Below are positions 27,504-36,162 of a stretch of DNA of 64,000 nt, in pieces. Both the position numbers and the translations under genes were made by a program. Origin of the DNA: Clostridia bacterium (GTDB taxonomy: Bacteria; Bacillota; Clostridia; Oscillospirales; CAG-272); contig JAFQMO010000154.1 in assembly GCA_017414385.1 (NCBI GenBank), positions 6,005-70,004 on the forward strand. The letters are read 5' to 3'. The notes below the pieces were generated by a model. The model was not told the DNA's origin. It worked only from the letters and a program-made list of their open reading frames with translations, and did not search any database. The first letter of the stretch is position 1, and each line of letters begins with the position of its first letter.

Positions 27504-27532
27504 ATTATACCACATTTTTGCCGTATTTGCAA
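27504..27532 (-). promoter_or_regulatory. promoter TTGCAA-17-TATAAT of the rimP-nusA-infB operon
   Basis: Reverse strand: TTGCAA (27527-27532), 17-nt spacer ending TGTGG, TATAAT (27504-27509). Confidence 0.6.
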
Positions 27533-27755
27533 GGGGGTAATGCATTTTCCGCGGAGAAACTCCAGACAAATTCTCGCCTTCTGCCGGCGGATATTTTGTG
27601 CATTTTTACAACACCCCTCCGAAATACGTCCCCGATTCTGTGTCGGACGGGTGATCAACGGGTGTGTGTCGGCTGCTTTTTTTCCGAAAACAGGGAAAAT
27701 GTGCCAAAATCAACCGTTTGCGCCGTTTGTGTTCATGAAATATTCACAATAAAGT

Positions 27756-27782
27756 GTTATACTTGTTATACTTGTTATACTT
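27756..27782. repeat. 9-bp perfect tandem repeat x3 (gttatactt)
   Basis: gttatactt occurs at 27756, 27765 and 27774, in the intergenic region upstream of the ABC operon. Confidence 0.9.
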
Positions 27783-27864
27783 TTTGAAAAAGATGAAAAA
27801 CCGTCCGCCGTTTGCCTTCGGCAGATACAGCACACCGCAGCAGTACGGCGAGAGGCTTCCAAAG

Positions 27865-27901
27865 GAGCATCCTGCAAGAGCATCCTGCAAGAGCATCCTG
27901 C
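27865..27901. repeat. 13-bp tandem repeat, about 2.8 copies (gagcatcctgcaa)
   Basis: Units start at 27865, 27878 and 27891 (the last is truncated). They lie about 50 nt upstream of the ABC ATPase start. Confidence 0.9.
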
Positions 27902-27948
27902 TCACAAAAAAGCGCACAAGGCGCAGAAGAAAGGAACGGTCATAAAAG

Positions 27949-28947
27949 ATGATCAAAATTGAGAATCTGGTAAAAACATACGGCGATATCCGTGCCGTTG
28001 ACAATATCAGCTTCGAGGTCAACGAGGGCGAGATCGTCGGCTTCCTCGGTCCCAACGGTGCCGGAAAGTCCACAACGATGAATATGCTGACAGGCTATCT
28101 CTCCTCCACCTCCGGAAAGGCGATGATCGACGGCATCGACATCCTCGAAAATCCGCTGGAGGCAAAGAAGCGCATCGGCTTCCTCCCCGAGCAGCCGCCG
28201 CTTTATCTGGACATGACAGTCGAGGAATACCTCAACTTCATCTACGATCTCAAGGGCTGTAAGCTCAACCGCAGAAAGCATCTGCTTGAGATCTGCGAGG
28301 TCGTCCGCATCACGGAGGTATACAAGCGCATCATCCGCAATCTCTCCAAGGGCTACCGTCAGCGTGTCGGCATCGCGCAGGCACTGGTCGGCAACCCCAA
28401 GGTCATCATTTTCGACGAGCCGACGGTCGGTCTGGACCCAAAGCAGATCGTCGAGATCCGTAATCTGATCCGTACACTCGGAAAAAACCATACCGTTATC
28501 CTCTCCACGCATATCCTCCCCGAGGTCAGTGCCGTTTGTGAACGTATCGTTGTCATCAACAAGGGTAAGCTGATCGCAAACGAGAAAACGGAGGACATCG
28601 CATCCGTCGTTGAGGGCTTCCGCAGACTCTGCGTCAAGATCGTCGGTCCCCGCGACGAGGTACTCTCCCTGCTCAAAAACAAGGAGGGCATCGCCTATGC
28701 CGAGTATCTGGGCGAGCGCGACGGCGGCTCCTGCGCATATCTTGTGGAAAGCCGTCCCGGCGTCGATATCCGCCGTCCCCTGTTCTTTGCCCTGGCGGAG
28801 CACGGCTTCCCCATGATCGGCGAGGAAACCATGGGCACCAATCTTGAGGACATCTTCCTTGCGCTCCTTGAGCGAAACGACGAGCGCAAGAAAAAGCGCG
28901 GCGTCATCAAAAGCAACGTCGTTTCCAGAAGCGTCCGGCAGGACTAA
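27949..28947 (+). CDS. ABC transporter ATP-binding protein (ABC-2/GldA-like)
   Basis: Full ORF. Walker A GPNGAGKST, signature LSKGYRQR, Walker B VIIFDEPTVGLD. Confidence 0.93.
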   Translation: MIKIENLVKTYGDIRAVDNISFEVNEGEIVGFLGPNGAGKSTTMNMLTGYLSSTSGKAMIDGIDILENPLEAKKRIGFLPEQPPLYLDMTVEEYLNFIYDLKGCKLNRRKHLLEICEVVRITEVYKRIIRNLSKGYRQRVGIAQALVGNPKVIIFDEPTVGLDPKQIVEIRNLIRTLGKNHTVILSTHILPEVSAVCERIVVINKGKLIANEKTEDIASVVEGFRRLCVKIVGPRDEVLSLLKNKEGIAYAEYLGERDGGSCAYLVESRPGVDIRRPLFFALAEHGFPMIGEETMGTNLEDIFLALLERNDERKKKRGVIKSNVVSRSVRQD

Positions 28948-28995
28948 ACAATACATGCGTCCCACAGGACGCGGATAGAAACAGGAGGCTTTTTC

Positions 28996-29709
28996 ATGTC
29001 AGCCATTTTCAAGCGGGAGATGCGTGCATACTTTACCTCTCCCATCGGCTTCATTTTTGTGGCAATCTTCTTCATCATCAACGGTGCGCTGTTCTCCTAC
29101 TTCACACTGCAGGCAGGCAGCAGCAGCGACATCAGCAACTATTTTCTTCTCGTGCTCTTCCTATTCATCATCCTCATCCCGCTTCTGACCATGAAGCTGT
29201 TCTGTGAGGAACGCAAGCAGAAGACCGAGCAGCTGCTGCTCACAGCTCCCATCAGCTTGATCGACATGGTCGGCGCAAAGTTCTTCGCCGCATACATCAT
29301 GTTCGCAGGCACCTTCCTTGCATCCGCGGTATGCAATCTGATCCCGTATTTTATCTACTGCGAGGATGTGAACCTCGCATCGATCCTGGGCAACATCGTC
29401 GGCATCCTGCTCATCGGCGGTGCCTTTGTCGCCATCGGCATGTTCGTCTCCGCCCTGACGGAAAATCAATTCGTCGCGGCCATCACCACCATGGCAGTCA
29501 TTGCCTTTCTTCTGTTCATCAACTTCGCCAATGCCTATATCGGGTCCGCACCCGTTCGTGTGGTCCTCTCATGGATCTCCATCTTTGCCCGTTTCTTTGA
29601 CTTTACCTACGGTATTCTCAATCTCTCCTCGCTTCTGTATTATGCGTCGGTCATGTTCATCTTCCTGTTCCTCACCGTGCGCGTATACGAAAACCGCCGC
29701 TGGAGCTGA
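28996..29709 (+). CDS. ABC-2 type permease (GldF-like)
   Basis: Full ORF, AGGAGG RBS, six hydrophobic helices. Confidence 0.88.
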   Translation: MSAIFKREMRAYFTSPIGFIFVAIFFIINGALFSYFTLQAGSSSDISNYFLLVLFLFIILIPLLTMKLFCEERKQKTEQLLLTAPISLIDMVGAKFFAAYIMFAGTFLASAVCNLIPYFIYCEDVNLASILGNIVGILLIGGAFVAIGMFVSALTENQFVAAITTMAVIAFLLFINFANAYIGSAPVRVVLSWISIFARFFDFTYGILNLSSLLYYASVMFIFLFLTVRVYENRRWS

Positions 29710-29757
29710 TGCGGACAGTCAAATGGAAATCCAAGTAAGAAAGGAATTACACAAGTC

Positions 29758-31293
29758 ATGAATCAAAAGGACATTTCCCGGAGCAGAAAATTCAAATACG
29801 GCTCCGTTGCTATGCTGTTTACCGTTACCGTGATCGCGGCGGTCATCGTCCTGAACGTGGTCGTCACTGCACTGACACAGACCTTTTCCTTATATGTGGA
29901 TATGACAAGCTCCGATATGTACTCCATCTCCGAGGCCTGCAGCGGCATCATGGACGAGCTGGTCGAGGAGCATCGGGACGACGTTGTTCCGCTCCACTAT
30001 AACATCATCTTCTGCTCCCCCTTCGATACGCTGGAGGGCAGCCAGAGTTCAAGCATGGTCTACAACTTCGCCCTGAAGCTGCAGGCGCAGTATCCCGATC
30101 TGATCGACATCAAGTATATCGACATCATCACCCATCCCTCTCTTGCGGAGCAGTACACCGCAACCACCGCCGATACCGTCAGAACGACGGACGTCATCGT
30201 CGAGAGTGCAACAGGCTACCGCAAGTTCCTTCTGGAGGCCTTCTACGTTACAGCGGAATCCGACGGCTCGATCTTCGCCTTCAATGCGGAGCTGAAATTT
30301 GTCGGCGCATTTCTGCAGCTGGCAGGTGAATACAACCCCGTCGCCGTCTTTTTGGACGGACACAGCGAGTCCGACTCCTCTGCCATGCAGATGCTCTTCG
30401 ATTCCGCAGGCTTTGACGTCATGACGCTCAATCTGCAGAAGGGCTCCGAGGACGGCTCCGTCGCCCCCGGCGAGCTTCCCGAATATGCCAAGGTCCTCAT
30501 CATCAACAATCCCCTCTATGACTATATCGGCGCAAACGGTGACGGTCTTGTCAACGAGATCGCCGTCATCGACGAATTTCTTGAGATCAAGGAGGATGGC
30601 TCCTCGGGCAACCTCATCGTCTTTATGAACAACAACAGCGCAGGAAAGCTGCCTGAGCTTGAGGAATATCTTGTCGAATGGGGCTTCCAATTCGGACGCG
30701 CAACGCTGCAGGATAAGGAGAGCGCGACCTCCGTTGACGGTCAGACCATCATCGCTACGCTTCCCACAGAGGGTGTCGGCTCCTCTCTTCACACAAGCCT
30801 GCGCGCGCTCCCGTCCGTTCCCATGACCATCGTCAAGAACGCCTGCCCCATCTATCAGGTATTCCAGGAAAAGGAGGACCGCATCGTTTCCTCCGTTCTC
30901 ACCACGACCAAGACCGCCGAGGCGTATCCCAACGACGGCGAGGGTGAGCCTGTGCGCGGTCAGTTCGATCTGATGACCGTTGCGCGCGAGTGCCGTTATA
31001 TCGACAATCAGCCCTGCTATGCAAACGTTCTTGTCTGCGGCTCCGCGGATTTTGCCAACAGCGCCTATATTGCGCAGAGGCAATACGGCAACTCTGACAT
31101 CCTTTTCTCCGTCATGCGTGAATTCGGAAAGGATCAGGTGCCGATCGATATTGATTTCAAGGTCTTCGATGACATCGGACTCAACATCTCCACGCAGCAG
31201 GCAAACGGCTGGACTGCGGTACTGATCACCGTCGTCCCCGCCATCATGCTGATCTGGGGCGTTGCAGTTTATATTAGGAGAAAGCACTTATGA
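29758..31293 (+). CDS. GldG-like ABC-transporter-associated protein (N- and C-terminal TM anchors)
   Basis: Full ORF. RKFKYGSVAMLFTVTVIAAVIVLNVV N-terminal anchor, large extracytoplasmic domain, C-terminal TM (GWTAVLITVVPAIMLIWGVAVYIRRK). Matches the GldG-family layout. Confidence 0.82.
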   Translation: MNQKDISRSRKFKYGSVAMLFTVTVIAAVIVLNVVVTALTQTFSLYVDMTSSDMYSISEACSGIMDELVEEHRDDVVPLHYNIIFCSPFDTLEGSQSSSMVYNFALKLQAQYPDLIDIKYIDIITHPSLAEQYTATTADTVRTTDVIVESATGYRKFLLEAFYVTAESDGSIFAFNAELKFVGAFLQLAGEYNPVAVFLDGHSESDSSAMQMLFDSAGFDVMTLNLQKGSEDGSVAPGELPEYAKVLIINNPLYDYIGANGDGLVNEIAVIDEFLEIKEDGSSGNLIVFMNNNSAGKLPELEEYLVEWGFQFGRATLQDKESATSVDGQTIIATLPTEGVGSSLHTSLRALPSVPMTIVKNACPIYQVFQEKEDRIVSSVLTTTKTAEAYPNDGEGEPVRGQFDLMTVARECRYIDNQPCYANVLVCGSADFANSAYIAQRQYGNSDILFSVMREFGKDQVPIDIDFKVFDDIGLNISTQQANGWTAVLITVVPAIMLIWGVAVYIRRKHL

Positions 31294-33116
31294 TACTGTT
31301 TACAACCGAAAACGATCAAGAAAACGAAGAGATCTCCCCCGCAGCCGATCCCGGGACAGAGGAGGAGCTTGCGCTCAAGGAGGAGTACCGACGCTTCGGT
31401 CTGGAAAACGAAAACGAAGCCTCCATGGACGACATTGCGGACATGCTCTCCACCTTCTCCGACGGAGAGGGGGAGGACGGACAGAGGACAGGCGATGCAA
31501 AGCGCTCCGACATGGCAAAGAAAAAGCGCTGGATCCCGATCCTTGCCGTATGCACGGTGATCGGTATTGCCGTCTATCTGCTCGTCCTCAAGCCGATGCT
31601 TGCAAAAGTCACGCAGGAGGAGGCACCGCCCCCCATCAACACCTGGCTGTCACAACAGCTGGAGGCGGGCGCGATCACAGAGCCGGAATATACCGATCTT
31701 CTCAACAAGGGAAAATGCGAGGTGCTCGGTACCAACAACCGGATCCTCATGTTCAATCACGTACAGAAGGCAGATATTCAGTCCGTCGATGTCACAAACG
31801 AGTACGGCTCCTACACCTTCTACCGCGATTCCTCCGATAATTTCGCCATCCGCGGCGCCGAGACCGTCTCCTACAGTCAGGAGCGTCTGGCATCTCTTGT
31901 CGTTTCTGCGGGCTACACCATTTCCATGACCCGTGTCGCGGAGATCTGCGAGGATATGAGCGAATACGGTCTTTCCCCCGAGGATGCTCCCGCAAGCTAC
32001 ACCCTGACGACCACAAGAGGCGTTACGCACACCGTTTATATCGGCGATAAGATCCCGACGGGCGGCGGCTATTACTGCAGCTACGAGGACCGTCCCGCCG
32101 TCTATGTTCTGGACAGCACCATTGCCTCCACGCTGCTTGCGGACGTCCGCGACATGATGCAGGCGATCATCGTTTATCCCATTTCCCAGAACAACTATTA
32201 CACCATCACCAACTTCGACATCATCAAGAACGGCGAGCCGTTTCTGCACGTCGACTATCTCTCCGACGCGGAGCGCGTACAGATGGAAACCACCGATGTA
32301 TGGAAGATGGTCTATCCCGAGGGCGGCTATACCCCCTCCTCCGACACCTACGAGGCTGCTCTTTATTCGCTCGTTTCCCTGACCGGTCTGCGCGTCATGG
32401 AATTCAACGTGCTCGGGGGCGCCGTCGACGGTATCCCGTCGGATGAACAAATCAAAATGCTCATCCAATACGATCTTGCAGAGCCTGCCGTCGAGCTCTC
32501 CTTTGATTACCCCGATCCCGAAAACAACATCACTGTCACAAACAAGCTGTGGTTCTCCGATGATCTGGGGGACGGCACCTGTTATGTTTACTCCTGGCTG
32601 TTTGATATCATCGCGCTCGTCGACAGAAGCGCATGTCCGTATCTGAGCTGTGAGATCATCGATCTCGTCGACCGTCCCATCTTCCAGATGTTCATCACCG
32701 ACGTTGCAAGGGTCGAGATCAGCGGAAAGGGGAATACCGACACCTTCACCGAGGTCGATTTCCGTCTGGCGCACGGAGAAAACAGCGCACTCACCGTCAC
32801 CGATACCTTCTCGGGAAAGGTCGTGAACACCGACAACTTCCGTAACCTTTACCGCGAGATGCTCGGCATCGACATCGAGGGATATGCGGAGGATCTTTCC
32901 ACAGACGAGGAGGATCTCATTTCCACGCTGCGTGTCACCACAAACAAGGGTACCGTCAAGGAATTCAAATTCTATGCGTATTCCACACGCCGCTGTCTTG
33001 TGACCATCAACGGCAAGGGCGAGTTCTATGTTCTGCGCGACAAGGCAAGCAAGCTCATCTCCGATGTCAACCGTCTGCTCAATGACGAGCTCATCGATAC
33101 GGGCGCAAGAAACTGA
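31290..33116 (+). CDS. DUF4340-like protein with about 95-aa acidic cytoplasmic N-terminus and one TM helix
   Basis: Full ORF. The ATG overlaps the gldG-like stop (ATGA). TM helix WIPILAVCTVIGIAVYLLVL. The large extracytoplasmic domain and position after GldG are typical of DUF4340. Confidence 0.78.
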   Translation: MILFTTENDQENEEISPAADPGTEEELALKEEYRRFGLENENEASMDDIADMLSTFSDGEGEDGQRTGDAKRSDMAKKKRWIPILAVCTVIGIAVYLLVLKPMLAKVTQEEAPPPINTWLSQQLEAGAITEPEYTDLLNKGKCEVLGTNNRILMFNHVQKADIQSVDVTNEYGSYTFYRDSSDNFAIRGAETVSYSQERLASLVVSAGYTISMTRVAEICEDMSEYGLSPEDAPASYTLTTTRGVTHTVYIGDKIPTGGGYYCSYEDRPAVYVLDSTIASTLLADVRDMMQAIIVYPISQNNYYTITNFDIIKNGEPFLHVDYLSDAERVQMETTDVWKMVYPEGGYTPSSDTYEAALYSLVSLTGLRVMEFNVLGGAVDGIPSDEQIKMLIQYDLAEPAVELSFDYPDPENNITVTNKLWFSDDLGDGTCYVYSWLFDIIALVDRSACPYLSCEIIDLVDRPIFQMFITDVARVEISGKGNTDTFTEVDFRLAHGENSALTVTDTFSGKVVNTDNFRNLYREMLGIDIEGYAEDLSTDEEDLISTLRVTTNKGTVKEFKFYAYSTRRCLVTINGKGEFYVLRDKASKLISDVNRLLNDELIDTGARN

Positions 33117-33151
33117 AAAAAGAAGCGCTGAAGAATAACAAAAAAGGAAAA

Positions 33152-33182
33152 GAAACCGTCTTTTACGGACGGTTTCTTTTTG
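33152..33182 (+). terminator. terminator of the ABC operon
   Basis: gaaaccgtc-ttttacg-gacggtttc followed by TTTTT. Confidence 0.8.
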
Positions 33183-33200
33183 ATATCCGCTGAGCCGTCA

Positions 33201-33229
33201 TTGACTTTTTTCCTTTTTTGTATTATACT
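33201..33229 (+). promoter_or_regulatory. promoter TTGACT-17-TATACT
   Basis: TTGACT 33201-33206, 17-nt T-rich spacer, TATACT 33224-33229. Upstream of the CDF transporter. Confidence 0.5.
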
Positions 33230-33311
33230 AATACTGCATATATGATTCTAACGGAAAAGAAAGGATGCTGTCCGTGATGCACGGTTGTCTGCGGATGGCA
33301 TAGGTCTTTTT

Positions 33312-34493
33312 ATGATACGTCTGCTTCTCAAGCGCATTCTGCCGGATGGCAAGCAAGCGCAGGATGCCGATATGCGGGTCCGCTGCACGATGCTTGCGGG
33401 GGTTCTCGGCATCGTCTGCAATCTCATTCTCTTTGTTCTCAAGGTCACCGTCGGCGCCGTTCTCGGTTCCATTGCCGTCACCTCCGATGCCTTCAACAAC
33501 CTCTCCGATGCGGGCGCGTCACTTGTCGCCGCCGTCGGTGCGCATCTTGCGGGACAGAAGCCCGATCCCGAGCACCCGTACGGTCACGGACGGCTGGAAT
33601 ACATCGCCTCTCTCATCGTTTCCTTTTTGATCCTCTTTATGGGGATCGAGCTGCTTCGCTCCTCCTTTGGAAAGCTGCTTCAGCCGCAGCAGACCACGCT
33701 CTCCCTCATCCCGCTGCTGCTTCTCATTCTTTCCGTGCTCGTCAAGGTCTGGATGTGGTCCTATAACCGCTATATTGCCTCCCTGATCGACTCGCCCGTA
33801 TTACGCGCTGCCGCCGCCGACAGCATCACCGATGCGCTCTCCTCCTCCGTTGTCATCGCCGGCGCCGTCATCGGCTCCTTTTTACCGAGCGGGATCCCCC
33901 TGGATGCCATCATGGGTATCCTCATCTCCCTCCTCATTCTGAAGGCCGGCTTCTCCATTGCCCGCGAGACTGTGGACCGCCTGCTTGGTGCGCCCGCCGA
34001 CGCGGAGACCTCCGCGTGTCTCCGACAGATCATTCTGTCGGGTGAGGATATCGTCGGTATGCACGATCTGATCATTCACGACTACGGCCCCGGAAGGCGC
34101 TTCGCCTCCGCACATGCAGAGATCCCCGATACCGCCGATATCCGGCGGGCGCACGAGACCATCGATGCGCTGGAGGTCCGCATTTTTGAGGAGACGGGAA
34201 TCACGGCGGTCCTGCACACCGATCCCGTTACCGTCGGTAATGCGCGTGTCGATGCGATCCGACGCGCCCTCACGGAAGAGATCCATGCCATCAATGCGCA
34301 GTATTCCATTCACGACTTCCGTATCACAGAGGGCGAGATGCGCATCAACCTGATCTTTGACCTTGTCGTGCCGCTGCACGAGCGAACCGAGGAAACTGTG
34401 GAAAACATCGCCCGGATCCGGGAGCGGATCCTCGCACTTGACCCGCGCTACCGCATCGTCTGCAAGCCCGAGCACGATTATACCCTTGCGTAA
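33312..34493 (+). CDS. cation diffusion facilitator (CDF) family divalent-metal efflux transporter
   Basis: Track ORF 33285..34493(+), whose first codon is TTG. First ATG is 33312 (MIRLLLKRILP). CDF motifs GSIAVTSDAFNNLSDAG and HPYGHGRLEY, plus a C-terminal cytoplasmic domain. Confidence 0.9.
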   Translation: MIRLLLKRILPDGKQAQDADMRVRCTMLAGVLGIVCNLILFVLKVTVGAVLGSIAVTSDAFNNLSDAGASLVAAVGAHLAGQKPDPEHPYGHGRLEYIASLIVSFLILFMGIELLRSSFGKLLQPQQTTLSLIPLLLLILSVLVKVWMWSYNRYIASLIDSPVLRAAAADSITDALSSSVVIAGAVIGSFLPSGIPLDAIMGILISLLILKAGFSIARETVDRLLGAPADAETSACLRQIILSGEDIVGMHDLIIHDYGPGRRFASAHAEIPDTADIRRAHETIDALEVRIFEETGITAVLHTDPVTVGNARVDAIRRALTEEIHAINAQYSIHDFRITEGEMRINLIFDLVVPLHERTEETVENIARIRERILALDPRYRIVCKPEHDYTLA

Positions 34494-34557
34494 GTCCGCG
34501 GCCCATGGAGCCGAACAAGGGAAATTCACGCAAAAAGCATGGGGAATTGTGTAATCA

Positions 34558-34586
34558 CCTTGCATTTTCCCAAGATACGTGATATA
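34558..34586 (+). promoter_or_regulatory. promoter TTGCAT-17-TATAAT
   Basis: TTGCAT 34558-34563, 17-nt spacer, TATAAT 34581-34586. Upstream of the oxidoreductase gene. Confidence 0.55.
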
Positions 34587-34692
34587 ATATCATCAGAGAA
34601 GGACGTATGGACGACGCAAAAGCACGGACCTGCGTTTTTACATCAAAAAAAACAGATTTCAAATCCGATAAGGATCAGAAAGGAACAATCAC

Positions 34693-35787
34693 ATGGAGAA
34701 AAAGATCAGACTTGGTATCATCGGCTGCGGCGGTATCGCGCATAAGCATATGCAGGCATTTTTGCGGATTCCCGAGGTAGAGATCGTCGGCGGCGCCGAC
34801 ATCGTTCCCGGAAAGGCACGCGCGTTCTTTGACGAATTCGAGCTCTCCGATGCGCTCGCCTTCGACTGTGCAACAGATCTGCTCAAATGCGATCTGGATG
34901 CAGTTTCCATCTGTACCTACAATTCCCAGCACGCAGTCTGTGCTGTTGAGGCCTTGGAGGCAGGCTGTCATGTGCTTTTGGAAAAACCCATGTGTCTGAA
35001 CATGAAGGAGGCTGCGGAGATCTATGCGGCGGAAAAGAAGTCCGGCAAGATCCTGACCATCGGCTTCCAGCCCAGATACGGACAGAACTTCCGTCAGGTC
35101 AAGGAGATCATCTCCTCCGGCGCGCTCGGTGACGTCTACTACGTTCAGACCGGCGGCGGCAGAAGCCGCGGTATCCCCGGCAACACCTTCATCGACAAGG
35201 ACAAGGCAGGTGTCGGTGCGCTTGCAGACATCGGCTGCTATGCCCTCGACTTTGCCCTCAACTCCATCGGCTATCCCAAGCCCCTGACCGTTTCCGCCGT
35301 CGCATACGACTACTTCGGAAAGAATCCCAAGTACTATCCCGAGGCAGAGCGCTTCTCCGTTGACGATTTCTCCGCTGCCTTCATCCGTCTGGAGGGCGGC
35401 ATCACCCTTGACTTCCGTATGAGCTGGGCGATGCACATGGACACCACAGGCGACTTCCTGTTCCTCGGAAAGGATGCCGGCCTGAAGGTCAGACAGCCCG
35501 ATATGCATCCCTGGGGCGGTGCATGGGACGGCATTCTCGGTGAGGTCACCATGTTCCACGATGTATTCGGTCGTCCCACAAGCACCAAGATCCCCCTTGC
35601 AGAAGAGAAAAAGACCGACCTCTTCTACCTCAAGATCCGTTCCTTCGTTGATGCGGTCCTCACCGGCGGAAAGGCTCCCGTTCCTACCTCCGAGATCCTC
35701 TACAACCAGGCCATCATCGACGGTATCATCCGCTCCGTTGCGTGCGGTCATGAGGTCGAGACCGATCTTTCCTTCCTCGATAAATAA
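34693..35787 (+). CDS. Gfo/Idh/MocA-family NAD(P)-dependent oxidoreductase
   Basis: Full ORF. N-terminal Rossmann motif IRLGIIGCGGIAHKH. EKPMCLNMKEA motif typical of the family. Confidence 0.92.
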   Translation: MEKKIRLGIIGCGGIAHKHMQAFLRIPEVEIVGGADIVPGKARAFFDEFELSDALAFDCATDLLKCDLDAVSICTYNSQHAVCAVEALEAGCHVLLEKPMCLNMKEAAEIYAAEKKSGKILTIGFQPRYGQNFRQVKEIISSGALGDVYYVQTGGGRSRGIPGNTFIDKDKAGVGALADIGCYALDFALNSIGYPKPLTVSAVAYDYFGKNPKYYPEAERFSVDDFSAAFIRLEGGITLDFRMSWAMHMDTTGDFLFLGKDAGLKVRQPDMHPWGGAWDGILGEVTMFHDVFGRPTSTKIPLAEEKKTDLFYLKIRSFVDAVLTGGKAPVPTSEILYNQAIIDGIIRSVACGHEVETDLSFLDK

Positions 35788-35810
35788 AACAATTGTTCCA
35801 AATCCATGCT

Positions 35811-35849
35811 TCTGCCATATGCGTTTTTCGTGTATGGCAGATCTTTTTT
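35811..35849 (+). terminator. terminator after the oxidoreductase gene
   Basis: tctgccata / tatggcaga stem (35811-35819 / 35833-35841) followed by TCTTTTTT. Confidence 0.8.
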
Positions 35850-35893
35850 ATACAAAATACCGAAAATTTGTTCGTTTTTTCGTCCGAAACCTC

Positions 35894-35922
35894 TTGACAA
35901 ACACGGTTTTTCATGGTATAAT
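35894..35922 (+). promoter_or_regulatory. perfect consensus promoter TTGACA-17-TATAAT upstream of the phage-like block
   Basis: TTGACA 35894-35899, 17-nt spacer ending TGG (extended -10), TATAAT 35917-35922. Confidence 0.65.
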
Positions 35923-35929
35923 ATCGGTT

Positions 35930-36150
35930 ACAATACGAACATTTGTTTGTTTTCGTGTTGTAGAGCCCCCCAAAATGCCGTTGTGTGAAGGGAACACCTC
36001 TGCACGAAGCGGTACGCCTCCGAGGATGACAGACAAAGCCCCCCTGTACACATCGGAGGAAATACACGCATAAGCCCCCGAAGCAAAAAAAAGAAACGCG
36101 CGTATCCGCCGGCAGAAAAAACGCCGAGCGGTCTTAATCGCGCAGAAAAG
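35930..36150 (+). promoter_or_regulatory. about 230-nt structured leader with three AGCCCCC(C) motifs, class unknown
   Basis: 10-bp hairpin acaatacgaa/ttcgtgttgt (35930-35961). 7-bp helix cctccga/tcggagg (36017-36023 / 36053-36059) encloses acag..ctgt. AGCCCCCC occurs at 35964 and 36037, AGCCCCC at 36073. No credible ORF. Confidence 0.35.
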
Positions 36151-36162
36151 GAGCAGATCTGT

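Noticed and set aside
27793-27945. 50-aa basic small ORF (MKNRPPFAFGRY...) ending 3 nt before the ABC ATPase start
   Set aside because: There is no RBS. It reads through the 13-bp tandem repeat, whose unit length is not a multiple of 3, so the copies are translated in different frames. The region is more likely a non-coding 5' region.
33230-33311. Possible metal (NiCo/czcD-type) riboswitch upstream of the CDF transporter
   Set aside because: Only about 80 nt are available, with two short hairpins (ccgtg-atg-cacgg; atgc...gcat). I could not recognise the conserved junction nucleotides. This is insufficient evidence.
35930-36150. Possible c-di-GMP class I (GEMM-I) riboswitch in the phage-block leader
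   Set aside because: GAAGGGAACACC and ACAAAGCCCCCC vaguely resemble GGCAAACC and ACGCAAAGCC. However, the spacing is wrong and the GGUAGC..GGUUnCCGA 3' half is absent. The region is kept only as an unclassified structured leader.
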